This document shows positions 46,701 to 54,784 of a stretch of 54,784 bases of DNA, in pieces. A model generated the notes under the pieces. That model made no database searches. It saw only the letters and a list, made by a program, of their open reading frames with translations, and was not told the DNA's origin. Each line of letters starts with the position of its first letter. Positions within the stretch are counted from its first letter, which is position 1. The DNA comes from an uncultured Clostridia bacterium. GTDB lineage: Bacteria; Bacillota; Clostridia; Christensenellales; UBA1242. The position numbers and the translations under genes were made by a program. The stretch spans positions 1-54,784 of the forward strand of contig CANRGF010000001.1 of the NCBI GenBank assembly GCA_947630075.1, in the 5' to 3' direction.

Positions 46701-48026
46701 ATGAAAAAATTTAGATTTCTTTTGCTATTATTAGTGCTTCCTCTTTGCTTTATTTTCACTGGCTGCCAAGAAAAAGTGTATGTAACCGGCATCGAAAAAA
46801 CAGGCTCAAATGGAGATGTGGAGTATTACACCGTTTATTATTCAGACGGCAAAACTTCAAATTTTTCAGTTGAGAACGGCAAAGATGGGCAAGACGGCAA
46901 AGATTTAGACCTTTTAAATATATATAACTATTGCATAAACAATAATCTTTACACGGGCGATTTCAGTTCGTTTTTAAGGGATTATCTAAACAAAGAGCAG
47001 AATGACAACTCCGGCATTTATTCTGCCACAAATTCTATCGTCAGTGTGGCTGCGATGTTGGATTCCACACACGCACAAGTTGGAGCGGGGGTGATTTATA
47101 AAATAGATGAAGAGAGCAACATCTGCTATGTGATCACAAATTTCCACGTTGTGGCAAACAGCCAAGTGCGTTCGTTGCCAATTCTTTCAAACATAAAAAT
47201 TTGGACTTATGGCGACAAAAATATGCTAACGTTAACTGATGGCATAAGCGCAACTTGTGTGGGCGCAACTGCGGATTATGACCTTGCTGTGCTTAAAGTG
47301 GACACTTCAAAAGTTAAAGCGAAAAACAAAAATGCAAGCGCCGTTAAACTAGCGGGCAAATATTTTATGGCTGAAAAGTTGTTTGCAATCGGCAACCCAG
47401 ATGGTGCGGGCATAAGCATCACTTCGGGAATTGTGTCTGTGGTGAGTGAAAATATCTCTGTGACTCTATATGAGAGTTCAATGTCTGGTGGAGATGTTGT
47501 TTATACCTACCGCGTTTTGAGAATGGACACCCCTATCTACGAAGGCAATTCTGGCGGCGGGCTATTTAATGTGTATGGTGAGTTAGTTGGAATTGTAAAT
47601 GCTGGAGCAAAGGATGCGGACAACTATAATTTTGCTCTTCCAATAGACAATGTTCGTCAGGTTGTGAGCAACTTAATCTATTATGCAGAAAAAGGAACAA
47701 ACACCTACACCCTCAAACATTTCACAATGAGCGATTTGGGCGTGGTGCTCGAAGACAGTTTCGTTGAATCAAACAGCCAGGGCGACCGCATCTATGATGT
47801 GATAATTGACACACTCGACATAAGGCTTCAAAACGATTTCCGCGTGGGAGATAAAATTTTAAGCATAACGATTGACGGCAATGAGCACGAAATTCGCGAA
47901 GCTTATCAATTAGATGACTATTTAATTTCAGTAAGACCAAATTCCACAGTCAGTTTTAAAGTTTTAAGAAATTCTCTAACAAACAATATTGAACTAACAT
48001 CTTCCCAAATTTCATCACTATTATAA
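46701..48026 (+). CDS. Lipoprotein trypsin-like serine protease (S1C/HtrA-like) with a PDZ-like C-terminus
   Basis: The lipobox reads LPLCFIFTGC. The His region is ITNFHVV and the Ser region is GNSGGGLFN. I prefer the ATG at 46701 after GGGGTG. Confidence 0.85.
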   Translation: MKKFRFLLLLLVLPLCFIFTGCQEKVYVTGIEKTGSNGDVEYYTVYYSDGKTSNFSVENGKDGQDGKDLDLLNIYNYCINNNLYTGDFSSFLRDYLNKEQNDNSGIYSATNSIVSVAAMLDSTHAQVGAGVIYKIDEESNICYVITNFHVVANSQVRSLPILSNIKIWTYGDKNMLTLTDGISATCVGATADYDLAVLKVDTSKVKAKNKNASAVKLAGKYFMAEKLFAIGNPDGAGISITSGIVSVVSENISVTLYESSMSGGDVVYTYRVLRMDTPIYEGNSGGGLFNVYGELVGIVNAGAKDADNYNFALPIDNVRQVVSNLIYYAEKGTNTYTLKHFTMSDLGVVLEDSFVESNSQGDRIYDVIIDTLDIRLQNDFRVGDKILSITIDGNEHEIREAYQLDDYLISVRPNSTVSFKVLRNSLTNNIELTSSQISSLL

Positions 48027-48049
48027 AAAGCGGGTCAACCCCGCTTTTT
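48026..48049. terminator. Bidirectional intrinsic terminator
   Basis: GCGGG (48030-48034) pairs with CCCGC (48040-48044), flanked by an A-run and a T-run. Confidence 0.7.
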
Positions 48050-49751
48050 ACATCTCTTTTAATGGGTCAATGCACAAAATTTTAAAGCCAACTTTCAGTG
48101 TTTCTTTGAGCGCCTTCACGAGCTCTATTTTGGCAAGTGTTGTGTGTGAGTTTCCGTCTAGAATTTTGTTTGTTACATAAAAATGATTAAACGATTTGCA
48201 CATATCCATCACGCGCTTTGCAATGATGCTAATATCGCGCTTGCTTAGTGCTAAACTCATTGTGGAAACGAAATCGTTTATATATTTCACAATTTCAAAT
48301 GCGTCTGTATCAAAGCAAGAATAATCGGCAGTTTTTGCGATTAATTTTGCCTTAGATTTGGAAATTTTGCTTGTTTCAAACTTTCTTAACACACTCTCTA
48401 AGCGAGTGTATGTGTATTGCATATAAGGGGCAGTTTCGCCGTCAAAGGAGAAGGATTTTTCCGTGTCGAACACGCAATCTTTAATGCGCTCCACGCGTAA
48501 CACAGAATAATTCATCACGGCGCGAGCCACTTTTTTGGCAACCGTATCTGGCTTTTCAATTTCAAAATGCCTATCTTTAATGATGTCCTTTGCCTTTGCC
48601 AAGCAATATTCTAGCAAATCGGAAAGCACGGCTTGTTTGCCACGGCGCGAACTAATTTTGCCGTCTGGGAGCGAAAATCTGCCATAAGCCAAATGCTCCA
48701 TATCCTTATAAAAATCTAAGCCTAATAGTTCGCAAATTTTAAATAATTGCTTGAAATTTAGCGTTTGCGCCACATCTGTTACATAAATAAGTTTATCAAA
48801 ATCATATTCTTTTTTGCGCTCTATTGCCGCACCTATATCACGCGTGGTGTAAAGCGATGTGCCATCACTTTTAAGCATTAGAGAAGGAGTTAAATCAAAT
48901 GCGGATAAATCCACGATTTTTGCGCCTTCGCTATCAACTAGCAAATGCTTTTTTTCGAGCATTTTAATGGTACGTGGCACAAATTGATTATAATACATCT
49001 CACCACGATAGTCGTCAAACTTAACGCCCAAAATGTCAAACATTTTTTTGGCTTCTTTTAAGCCAATTTCAATAATTTTTTCATAAACCGGATAAATTTC
49101 TTTATCTTTCAATTCAATTTTCTTAAAAATATCGCGTGCATATTGGCTTAGTTCGGGATTAATCTCTTCCTCTTTATTAAAGCGGACATAATATTCTTGC
49201 AATGCGTCATTACCCCGCTTTTTAACATCTGCCAAACTCCCCCATTTAAACATTCCACCAATCATTTTACCAAATGGTGTGCCATAATCTCCGATATAGT
49301 TTAGTCTCTTCACAGTGTATCCAAATTGGGCGAAAAGGCGTGCCATACTCTCGCCAATAATGATAGTTTTAAGATGACCAATATGCAAATATTTTGCCAA
49401 ATTTGGGCTGCCATAATCTATGCATATCACTTTGCCTTTGCCCTCGTCTAACTTTAAGTTTTTAGGCTTAAACTCTGCCAAAATTTCAGCACTCAACTCG
49501 GCTTTGTTTAAAAAGAAATTTAAGTATCCGCCCACGATTTCGCACTTCTCTATTAGCGAGTTTGGCTTTATGCTTGATTTAATCTTCTCGGCAATTTGTT
49601 GGGGTGATTGGTGTAATGCTTTTGCAAAAGAAAAACATGGCAAGCAATAATCTCCCTTATCTTGCGAAATGCTCTCAATAATTAGGTTTTCAAAGTCCTC
49701 TCCCTCAATTTTTTCTGTTATTAGGGACGCCAAAGAGTGTTTTATATTCAT
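48048..49751 (-). CDS. argS: Arginine--tRNA ligase
   Basis: Contains the class I HIGH motif (LHIGHLKT), with an ArgRS N-terminal domain and a DALR anticodon-binding-like C-terminus. The first ATG is at 49751, and the track start at 49769 is TTG. Confidence 0.93.
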   Translation of the reverse strand: MNIKHSLASLITEKIEGEDFENLIIESISQDKGDYCLPCFSFAKALHQSPQQIAEKIKSSIKPNSLIEKCEIVGGYLNFFLNKAELSAEILAEFKPKNLKLDEGKGKVICIDYGSPNLAKYLHIGHLKTIIIGESMARLFAQFGYTVKRLNYIGDYGTPFGKMIGGMFKWGSLADVKKRGNDALQEYYVRFNKEEEINPELSQYARDIFKKIELKDKEIYPVYEKIIEIGLKEAKKMFDILGVKFDDYRGEMYYNQFVPRTIKMLEKKHLLVDSEGAKIVDLSAFDLTPSLMLKSDGTSLYTTRDIGAAIERKKEYDFDKLIYVTDVAQTLNFKQLFKICELLGLDFYKDMEHLAYGRFSLPDGKISSRRGKQAVLSDLLEYCLAKAKDIIKDRHFEIEKPDTVAKKVARAVMNYSVLRVERIKDCVFDTEKSFSFDGETAPYMQYTYTRLESVLRKFETSKISKSKAKLIAKTADYSCFDTDAFEIVKYINDFVSTMSLALSKRDISIIAKRVMDMCKSFNHFYVTNKILDGNSHTTLAKIELVKALKETLKVGFKILCIDPLKEM

Positions 49752-49757
49752 GATTTC

Positions 49758-49786
49758 ATTATAACCCAAATTTTATCATTTTGCAA
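49758..49786 (-). promoter_or_regulatory. Promoter of argS (leaderless configuration)
   Basis: On the minus strand, TTGCAA (49781-49786), a 17-nt spacer, then TATAAT (49758-49763). ATG follows 6 nt downstream. Confidence 0.65.
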
Positions 49787-49822
49787 CAATTTAACTTTTT
49801 TAAATAAATTTTTAATAAATTA

Positions 49823-49850
49823 TTGACTTTGTCGAATTTCGTATTATAAT
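49823..49850 (+). promoter_or_regulatory. Promoter of the 49857 gene (leaderless configuration)
   Basis: TTGACT (49823-49828), a 16-nt spacer, then TATAAT (49845-49850). ATG follows 6 nt downstream. Confidence 0.65.
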
Positions 49851-49856
49851 GAGAGC

Positions 49857-50771
49857 ATGAACAAAATATATGGAATTAGCAAGTTAAATGACGAAGAAAT
49901 TTTGAATAAATGCTATAAATATTTTGAAATTATGGCAAAGAATAATGAAATTTCTCCAGATGAAACAAGAGAGTTATTAATGCTGTTTTTGGAGTTTATT
50001 CTAAGGAAAAATGGCATAGATAGCAACGATTATTCAATCAATATTTTCTTCCCAAACAAGCTTAAAACGGACAAGTTTGAAGCTTATTTGCATTATAGCG
50101 AAAGGCAAAACAAATTTGATGTTTACTTTTTGCGTGATGACATGAAGTTTGGCCGCCACAACAACCGCCTTTATTGCAATATAGGCGGCAGACCATCTGC
50201 ACATATAGGGGACTATGGAGTTTTGCACCACTATATCTATAAAGTTACAATTTCTGGGCATGAATTTCAGCATATTGTTCAAGTGATCACTAACAGAGCC
50301 TTATATGAAGATTATCTCCGCCAAAGGCAAGAAGTTTACGAAAACTTCAAACTTGCCGCCACGCGCGACACATTCAAAATTCTTGCAAAATCTGCCAATC
50401 AAAATTTAGATGACATTTATCTGCTTCACCCGATTGAGATTGAGGCAAATATGCTCTCATATAAATATATGTTGATGTTATTAAACACCCTTTTAAAGCG
50501 CACTGACGACCCAAAAGTGAAAGATCTGCTGCACACCTTCATTATGGACGTGCGTGAAGATAGAGAAGATAAATATGCGGAATATAAGGAGCATGACTAT
50601 TCTCGCGAGCGCATAAACGCCTATGCAAATGAAATTAGTTTTGAAGACGATGACGACTTTGAAGAAGAGGAATGCAGCGAATTTGAAGACGGATATATCT
50701 TAGACGCTGATGATGAAGAATTTGAAGACGAAGAGTTTGAAAGTGCTTACAATCCAGATTATGACAATTAA
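49857..50771 (+). CDS. Hypothetical protein with an HExxH motif and a strongly acidic C-terminal tail
   Basis: 304 aa. It contains GHEFQH, and the tail reads FEDDDDFEEEECSEFEDGYILDADDEEFEDEEFE. Confidence 0.7.
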   Translation: MNKIYGISKLNDEEILNKCYKYFEIMAKNNEISPDETRELLMLFLEFILRKNGIDSNDYSINIFFPNKLKTDKFEAYLHYSERQNKFDVYFLRDDMKFGRHNNRLYCNIGGRPSAHIGDYGVLHHYIYKVTISGHEFQHIVQVITNRALYEDYLRQRQEVYENFKLAATRDTFKILAKSANQNLDDIYLLHPIEIEANMLSYKYMLMLLNTLLKRTDDPKVKDLLHTFIMDVREDREDKYAEYKEHDYSRERINAYANEISFEDDDDFEEEECSEFEDGYILDADDEEFEDEEFESAYNPDYDN

Positions 50772-50796
50772 AAATCCCGCTGAAGCGGGTTTTTTA
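50771..50796. terminator. Bidirectional intrinsic terminator
   Basis: CCCGC (50776-50780) pairs with GCGGG (50785-50789), loop TGAA, followed by a T-run. Confidence 0.7.
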
Positions 50797-51141
50797 ATTT
50801 AACACTTCACTAGCGGCTTTTGTGTAGGCACGAGTGAGCCCGCCAGCCCCTAACTTTATTCCTCCAAAATAGCGCACAACCGCCACCAAAATGTTGGATA
50901 GATTTTTCTTTTTTATAACATTTAAAATAGGATAACCTGCCGTGCCGCTCGGCTCGCCGTCATCACTGCATTTTTCGCTAACGCCATTAATATTGCAAAC
51001 ATACGCATAGCACACATGACTGGCTTTTTTGTGCTGTTTTCTTAAAAATTCTAAATTAGCTTTCACTTCATCCACATTTTTTAGCTCAAAAGCATAGGCA
51101 ACAAAGCGAGATTTTTTAACTTCTATTTCACAACTCTTCAT
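50794..51141 (-). CDS. YigZ/IMPACT-family protein (N-terminal domain only)
   Basis: Contains KKSRFVAYAF, DDGEPSGTAGYPILNVI and VVRYFGGIKLGAGGLTRAY. At 115 aa it lacks the usual C-terminal domain. Confidence 0.85.
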   Translation of the reverse strand: MKSCEIEVKKSRFVAYAFELKNVDEVKANLEFLRKQHKKASHVCYAYVCNINGVSEKCSDDGEPSGTAGYPILNVIKKKNLSNILVAVVRYFGGIKLGAGGLTRAYTKAASEVLN

Positions 51142-51190
51142 ATAAAGATTTTAGCAAAAAACGAAAAAAAAGGAAAGCAAAACGCTTTTC

Positions 51191-52108
51191 TTATTTTTTA
51201 AACAATTCGTTCATAATTCCAAGCCTGTCCACACAATAGCCCATCGCCAATGCGCCCGGACCAGTGTGGCAATCTATAAACAAAGGAAGTGGGTCGCAAG
51301 TGAAGAATGGGAAATCTGCAAAAGCGGCTTTCACTTCGGCAATAAAGTCCTGAAGTTCGGGGGCGTTTAGGTCGGCTTCGCTATGCGCCATGCCGATATA
51401 CACTATTCCCTTCTTTGCTTCTTCTGGAAATCTCTCTTCTATTTCTCGCTTTGTGGCAGCAATCATTTTTGCACGCGCCTGCTTCATGCTCATCACCTTG
51501 GCAAAAGCATCTAATTTGCCACCATGAATTTGCAAAATTGGCTTAATGTTTAAAAGTGTGCCTATTGCTGCAGCGGCAGGAGTAACTCGCCCGCCCTTCT
51601 TCAAATATTTAAGAGTGTTCACGGCAATATACACTCCGCATTCACTCTTGGTCTTTTCAAGATATTCTTTAATTTCCCTGCCCGATTTACCAGCGTTGAT
51701 AAGATGGCGAGCCTCATAAAAAGACATTTTATTCATATACGCAACGCGTTGATTATTTGGCACGAACACGCGCCCTTCAAATTCAGGGTCGTGGCTGGCA
51801 TTGATTGCTGTGTTGCACGATTCACTTAGCCCGCTTGAAAGAATGATATACACAATTTCATCATAAGTTTTCAATAATTCTCTCCATTCGGCTTTAATCA
51901 TTTCAATGCTAGGCTGAGATGTGCTTATTTCCGTTTTCTTATCTTCCAAAAACTTGAAGAAATCTTCATAAGTCATGTTCTCGCCTTCATAATATTCCTC
52001 GCCATTGATGATAAATGAAATTGGAATCATCTTAGTGATGCCAATCTTTTTATATTCCTCTTTCGTTAGGCTGCCAGAATTATCCACAACAAGGGCAATC
52101 TTGCTCAT
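51191..52108 (-). CDS. DegV-family fatty-acid-binding protein
   Basis: Contains IALVVDNSGSL, STSQPS and LKYLKKGGR. 305 aa. Confidence 0.9.
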   Translation of the reverse strand: MSKIALVVDNSGSLTKEEYKKIGITKMIPISFIINGEEYYEGENMTYEDFFKFLEDKKTEISTSQPSIEMIKAEWRELLKTYDEIVYIILSSGLSESCNTAINASHDPEFEGRVFVPNNQRVAYMNKMSFYEARHLINAGKSGREIKEYLEKTKSECGVYIAVNTLKYLKKGGRVTPAAAAIGTLLNIKPILQIHGGKLDAFAKVMSMKQARAKMIAATKREIEERFPEEAKKGIVYIGMAHSEADLNAPELQDFIAEVKAAFADFPFFTCDPLPLFIDCHTGPGALAMGYCVDRLGIMNELFKK

Positions 52109-52225
52109 ACATTCTCCTTTTTCTATTCCATTATATTATTAGTATATCAAATAAAACAATTTTGGCAAATTAATTTGACGAATATTTAAAATTTTTGGGG
52201 ATTTCGACCAAAATATCAACAGTGC

Positions 52226-52254
52226 TTGACAAATGTGTTTATCTTTTATAAAAT
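52226..52254 (+). promoter_or_regulatory. Promoter of the TetR gene (leaderless configuration)
   Basis: TTGACA (52226-52231), a 17-nt spacer, then TAAAAT (52249-52254). ATG at 52262 lies 7 nt downstream. The track start at 52226 is the -35 hexamer itself. Confidence 0.6.
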
Positions 52255-52261
52255 ACTTGTT

Positions 52262-52837
52262 ATGGAAAAGCGTGAATATAAAAACGGATTGGCTAGCAAA
52301 AAAAGAATTTCTGTGGCATATTTAAGCCTTTGCAAGCAAAAAAGAAAATTTAGCGTATGCGACGTGGTGAACGAGGCAAAAGTAAATCGTGGCACTTTTT
52401 ATTTGCACTTCAAAAATTTGGATGAAGTGAAAAATTATTTAGCGGAATATCTATCTCAAAATCTCAAAGCATTGGAGGGAGATTTTAGAATGACAGATTT
52501 AAGCAAAACGCCCGAAGCCATGCTAAGCAAATTAAACAAAATCATTATGGCGGATTTAGACTTTTTCAAACAAATTGTTTGCTTGGAAAACAACCCGTTC
52601 ATGAAGCAGATTGAGCGGGCGATTTCCGTGTCGATTTCAAACAACTTTGAAGTGATGAAATACATCACAAATCTTGAAAACTTTAAGATAGTTGTAAAAC
52701 TGATAGTGAGCGGCTCGCTTAGCGTTTACACCGATTGGCTGAAAGGTTTGATTTCGTGCACGATTGATGAACTTGCTTCGTTTGTTGCGCAACTAATTAG
52801 GGGCGGATTAAAAGAGGTGATTAGATATGCGAACTGA
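52262..52837 (+). CDS. TetR-family transcriptional regulator
   Basis: Contains the HTH sequence FSVCDVVNEAKVNRGTFYLHFKNLDEV. Confidence 0.8.
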   Translation: MEKREYKNGLASKKRISVAYLSLCKQKRKFSVCDVVNEAKVNRGTFYLHFKNLDEVKNYLAEYLSQNLKALEGDFRMTDLSKTPEAMLSKLNKIIMADLDFFKQIVCLENNPFMKQIERAISVSISNNFEVMKYITNLENFKIVVKLIVSGSLSVYTDWLKGLISCTIDELASFVAQLIRGGLKEVIRYAN

Positions 52838-54083
52838 AATTTTTGATTATGGCTCAAACGGCGAGGGCGTGGCAAAGATTGATGGAAAAATTGCCCTAGT
52901 GCCAAATTCTCTCGTTGGCGAGGTTGTGGACATATCAATAGAGAAAGACCACCCTAACTACTGCCTTGCACGAGCAGAGCACATCATTAAGGCAAGCCCT
53001 AATCGCTCCGCTCCTATCTGCCCTTATTTTGGTGAATGTGGTGGGTGCGACATCCAACACTTCAACTTTCAAGAGCAATTAAAGTTCAAAGCACTTTTGG
53101 TGCAAAAGACGCTTAAAAAAATTGCAGATATATCCGTTCAACCTGAGCCAACAGTGGCAAGCGAAAAATTTTTTAATTATAGAAACAAAATCAGCCTTGC
53201 CGTGAGGGGCTCTTTAATCGGGTTTTTCAAAAAAAGTTCGAACAACATAGTGAATGTGGACGAGTGCAAGATTGCGAGCGAAAACATAAATAAACTGATT
53301 AAAATTTCCAACGAGTATTTCAAAACAAATCCAAATAGTGAAATCAAAAATATTGTTTTTAGAGATATTTGCAATCAGGTGCTGGTGGGAGTTGTTTCGC
53401 GAAAAAAAATTGAAATTTCTAATTTTTACACCATTTTAAGCAAAAATTTCAAAAAAATTGGGCTATTTTTGATTATAAACAAAAGAAATGATTCTGTGGT
53501 GCTAACCGAAAACATTTTTCACATTGGTGGCATAAGCGAAATAAACATTGAAAATTTTGGCGTGAAATATTGCCTTGACTTATTAGGCTTTCATCAAACA
53601 AATTTAGATGTGCAAAACAAAATTTACTTTAAAGTGTTAGAATTAATTGGAGAAAACAAAAATATAATAAATGGGTTTAGTGGCTCAGGGTTGCTTTCCG
53701 CCATTCTTGCAAAAAAAGCAAAAATGGTTTATGGCATTGAAATCAACCGCTCATCGCACGAAACAAGCGAACGGCTAAAAAAGGAAAATGCCATTTCAAA
53801 TTTAAAAAACATTCACGGAGATTTCAACAAAGAATTTCCAATCTTAAAATCAAAGGCAGATGTGTTGGTGATAGACCCACCAAAAAAAGGTCTTGGCGAA
53901 TTTTGCAAAAGTGTGGTGGGAATTGACGAAATAATTTATGTTTCTTGCAGCCCTATTGCCCTAGCAAAAGACTTGCGTTATCTAAAAAAATATTATATAA
54001 TAGACACAGTTATTCCATTTGATATGTTTCCAAACACAGTGAATGTGGAAACATTGGTTAAATTGAAAAGGAGAGATTTATGA
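52827..54083 (+). CDS. 23S rRNA (uracil-5-)-methyltransferase, RumA/RlmD family
   Basis: It has a TRAM-like N-terminus, a Cys cluster (CPYFGECGGCDIQH), a SAM-dependent methyltransferase core (GFSGSG, VIDPPKKG) and the catalytic YVSCSP. Confidence 0.9.
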   Translation: MRTEIFDYGSNGEGVAKIDGKIALVPNSLVGEVVDISIEKDHPNYCLARAEHIIKASPNRSAPICPYFGECGGCDIQHFNFQEQLKFKALLVQKTLKKIADISVQPEPTVASEKFFNYRNKISLAVRGSLIGFFKKSSNNIVNVDECKIASENINKLIKISNEYFKTNPNSEIKNIVFRDICNQVLVGVVSRKKIEISNFYTILSKNFKKIGLFLIINKRNDSVVLTENIFHIGGISEINIENFGVKYCLDLLGFHQTNLDVQNKIYFKVLELIGENKNIINGFSGSGLLSAILAKKAKMVYGIEINRSSHETSERLKKENAISNLKNIHGDFNKEFPILKSKADVLVIDPPKKGLGEFCKSVVGIDEIIYVSCSPIALAKDLRYLKKYYIIDTVIPFDMFPNTVNVETLVKLKRRDL

Positions 54084-54784
54084 TTTTAAGCACAGATTCC
54101 ACTGCCAACTTGCCAAAAGAATATTACGACGAGCTTGGCATCAGCATGATTCCAATGCAAATTAACTTGAAAGATGTAACGTATGATGATTTGAGCCCCG
54201 ACCTTCCACCTGAGAAATTTTATCAAATGATGCGCGAAGGTGCTCAACCAACCACAAATCAAATTAATGACTATCGCGCCAAAGAGTATTTTGAAAACCT
54301 TCTAAAACGAGGGGAAGACATTTTGCACATTGGCTTTTCCACCGGATTAAGCGAAAGCTCAAACACATTAAAGAGAGTGGCAGAAGAATTAAACAAAACC
54401 CATAAAAACAAAATCACCATCTTCGATTCGTTAAATGCCGCTTCTGGCGAAGGCTTAGTTGTGCTCTATGCCAATGATTTAATCAAAGAGGGGAAAACCA
54501 CAGAAGAAATTCTCTCTGCACTAGAAGGCGTTAGGGACAAAGCCTGTGCATTCTTCACCGTTGAAGCATTAAAATATTTAGTGCGTGGTGGTAGGCTTAG
54601 TAAGGTGTCTGGCGTGCTGGGCACTCTGCTAAAAATAAAGCCTGTGCTGAGAGTGGACGAGAATGGCAAACTTGTTGCGTTTAAAAAAGTGATTTCAAGA
54701 AGAAAATCTATCAACGAATTGGTGAACATCTGCAAGGAGAATATTGGGGACAAAAAGTATGTGTTTATCAACCACGCCGTTTGC
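54080..54784 (+). CDS. DegV-family protein (partial; continues past the right edge)
   Basis: Absent from the ORF track because it is truncated by the edge. ATG at 54080 overlaps the upstream TGA (ATGA). Manual translation gives MILSTDSTANLPKEYYDELGISMIPMQI...TTNQIN...LKYLVRGGRLS, with the frame open to 54784. Confidence 0.88.
   Translation, partial: MILSTDSTANLPKEYYDELGISMIPMQINLKDVTYDDLSPDLPPEKFYQMMREGAQPTTNQINDYRAKEYFENLLKRGEDILHIGFSTGLSESSNTLKRVAEELNKTHKNKITIFDSLNAASGEGLVVLYANDLIKEGKTTEEILSALEGVRDKACAFFTVEALKYLVRGGRLSKVSGVLGTLLKIKPVLRVDENGKLVAFKKVISRRKSINELVNICKENIGDKKYVFINHAVC

Noticed and set aside
52226-52261. Longer N-terminal extensions given in the ORF track for several genes (52226, 39690, 39678, 34669, 28144, 22765, 15309, 49769, 46609, 44845)
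   Set aside because: These start at TTG/GTG or upstream ATG codons that overlap promoter hexamers or lack an RBS. Downstream ATG or GTG codons with a good SD or leaderless geometry, and family-typical N-termini, were preferred.

Overview
Chromosomal window from a low-GC, Bacillota-like genome. It uses the standard code, with TGA as a stop (e.g. 42934-42936, 54081-54083). The left ~9.5 kb is accessory. It holds a partial conjugative, type IV secretion-like module: a polytopic VirB6-like protein running off the left edge, a 494-aa single-pass protein, a lipoprotein, a two-TM pilin-like protein, and a divergently transcribed VirD4/TraG-type coupling ATPase. Next come an initiator tRNA-Met and a visibly AT-richer island whose main ORF fuses a truncated metallophosphoesterase to the C-terminal tail of a large serine recombinase. 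The remaining ~45 kb is mostly housekeeping: pth-mfd, acpP, ftsH, tyrS, ychF, uppP, gltX, a P-type ATPase, a RelA-like synthetase, argS, two DegV genes and a RumA-type methyltransferase. It also contains an acyltransferase/GT8 glycolipid-type cluster. Five non-coding signals stand out. (1) A ~610-nt ORF-free, promoter-driven, highly structured RNA candidate (28785-29392) lies directly upstream of a 4-TM DxxxD membrane protein, an OLE RNA/OapA-like arrangement. (2) A very GC-rich four-way-junction inverted-repeat element (1546-1626) sits inside the T4SS module. (3) A 2 x ~80-bp tandem repeat lies between divergent T4SS promoters. (4) A 167-nt extended hairpin spans 7819-7985. (5) Many genes show a leaderless-mRNA promoter layout, with the -10 box 6-7 nt from the ATG. 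No rRNA or CRISPR was seen. All family assignments come from motif recognition by eye, not from searches.
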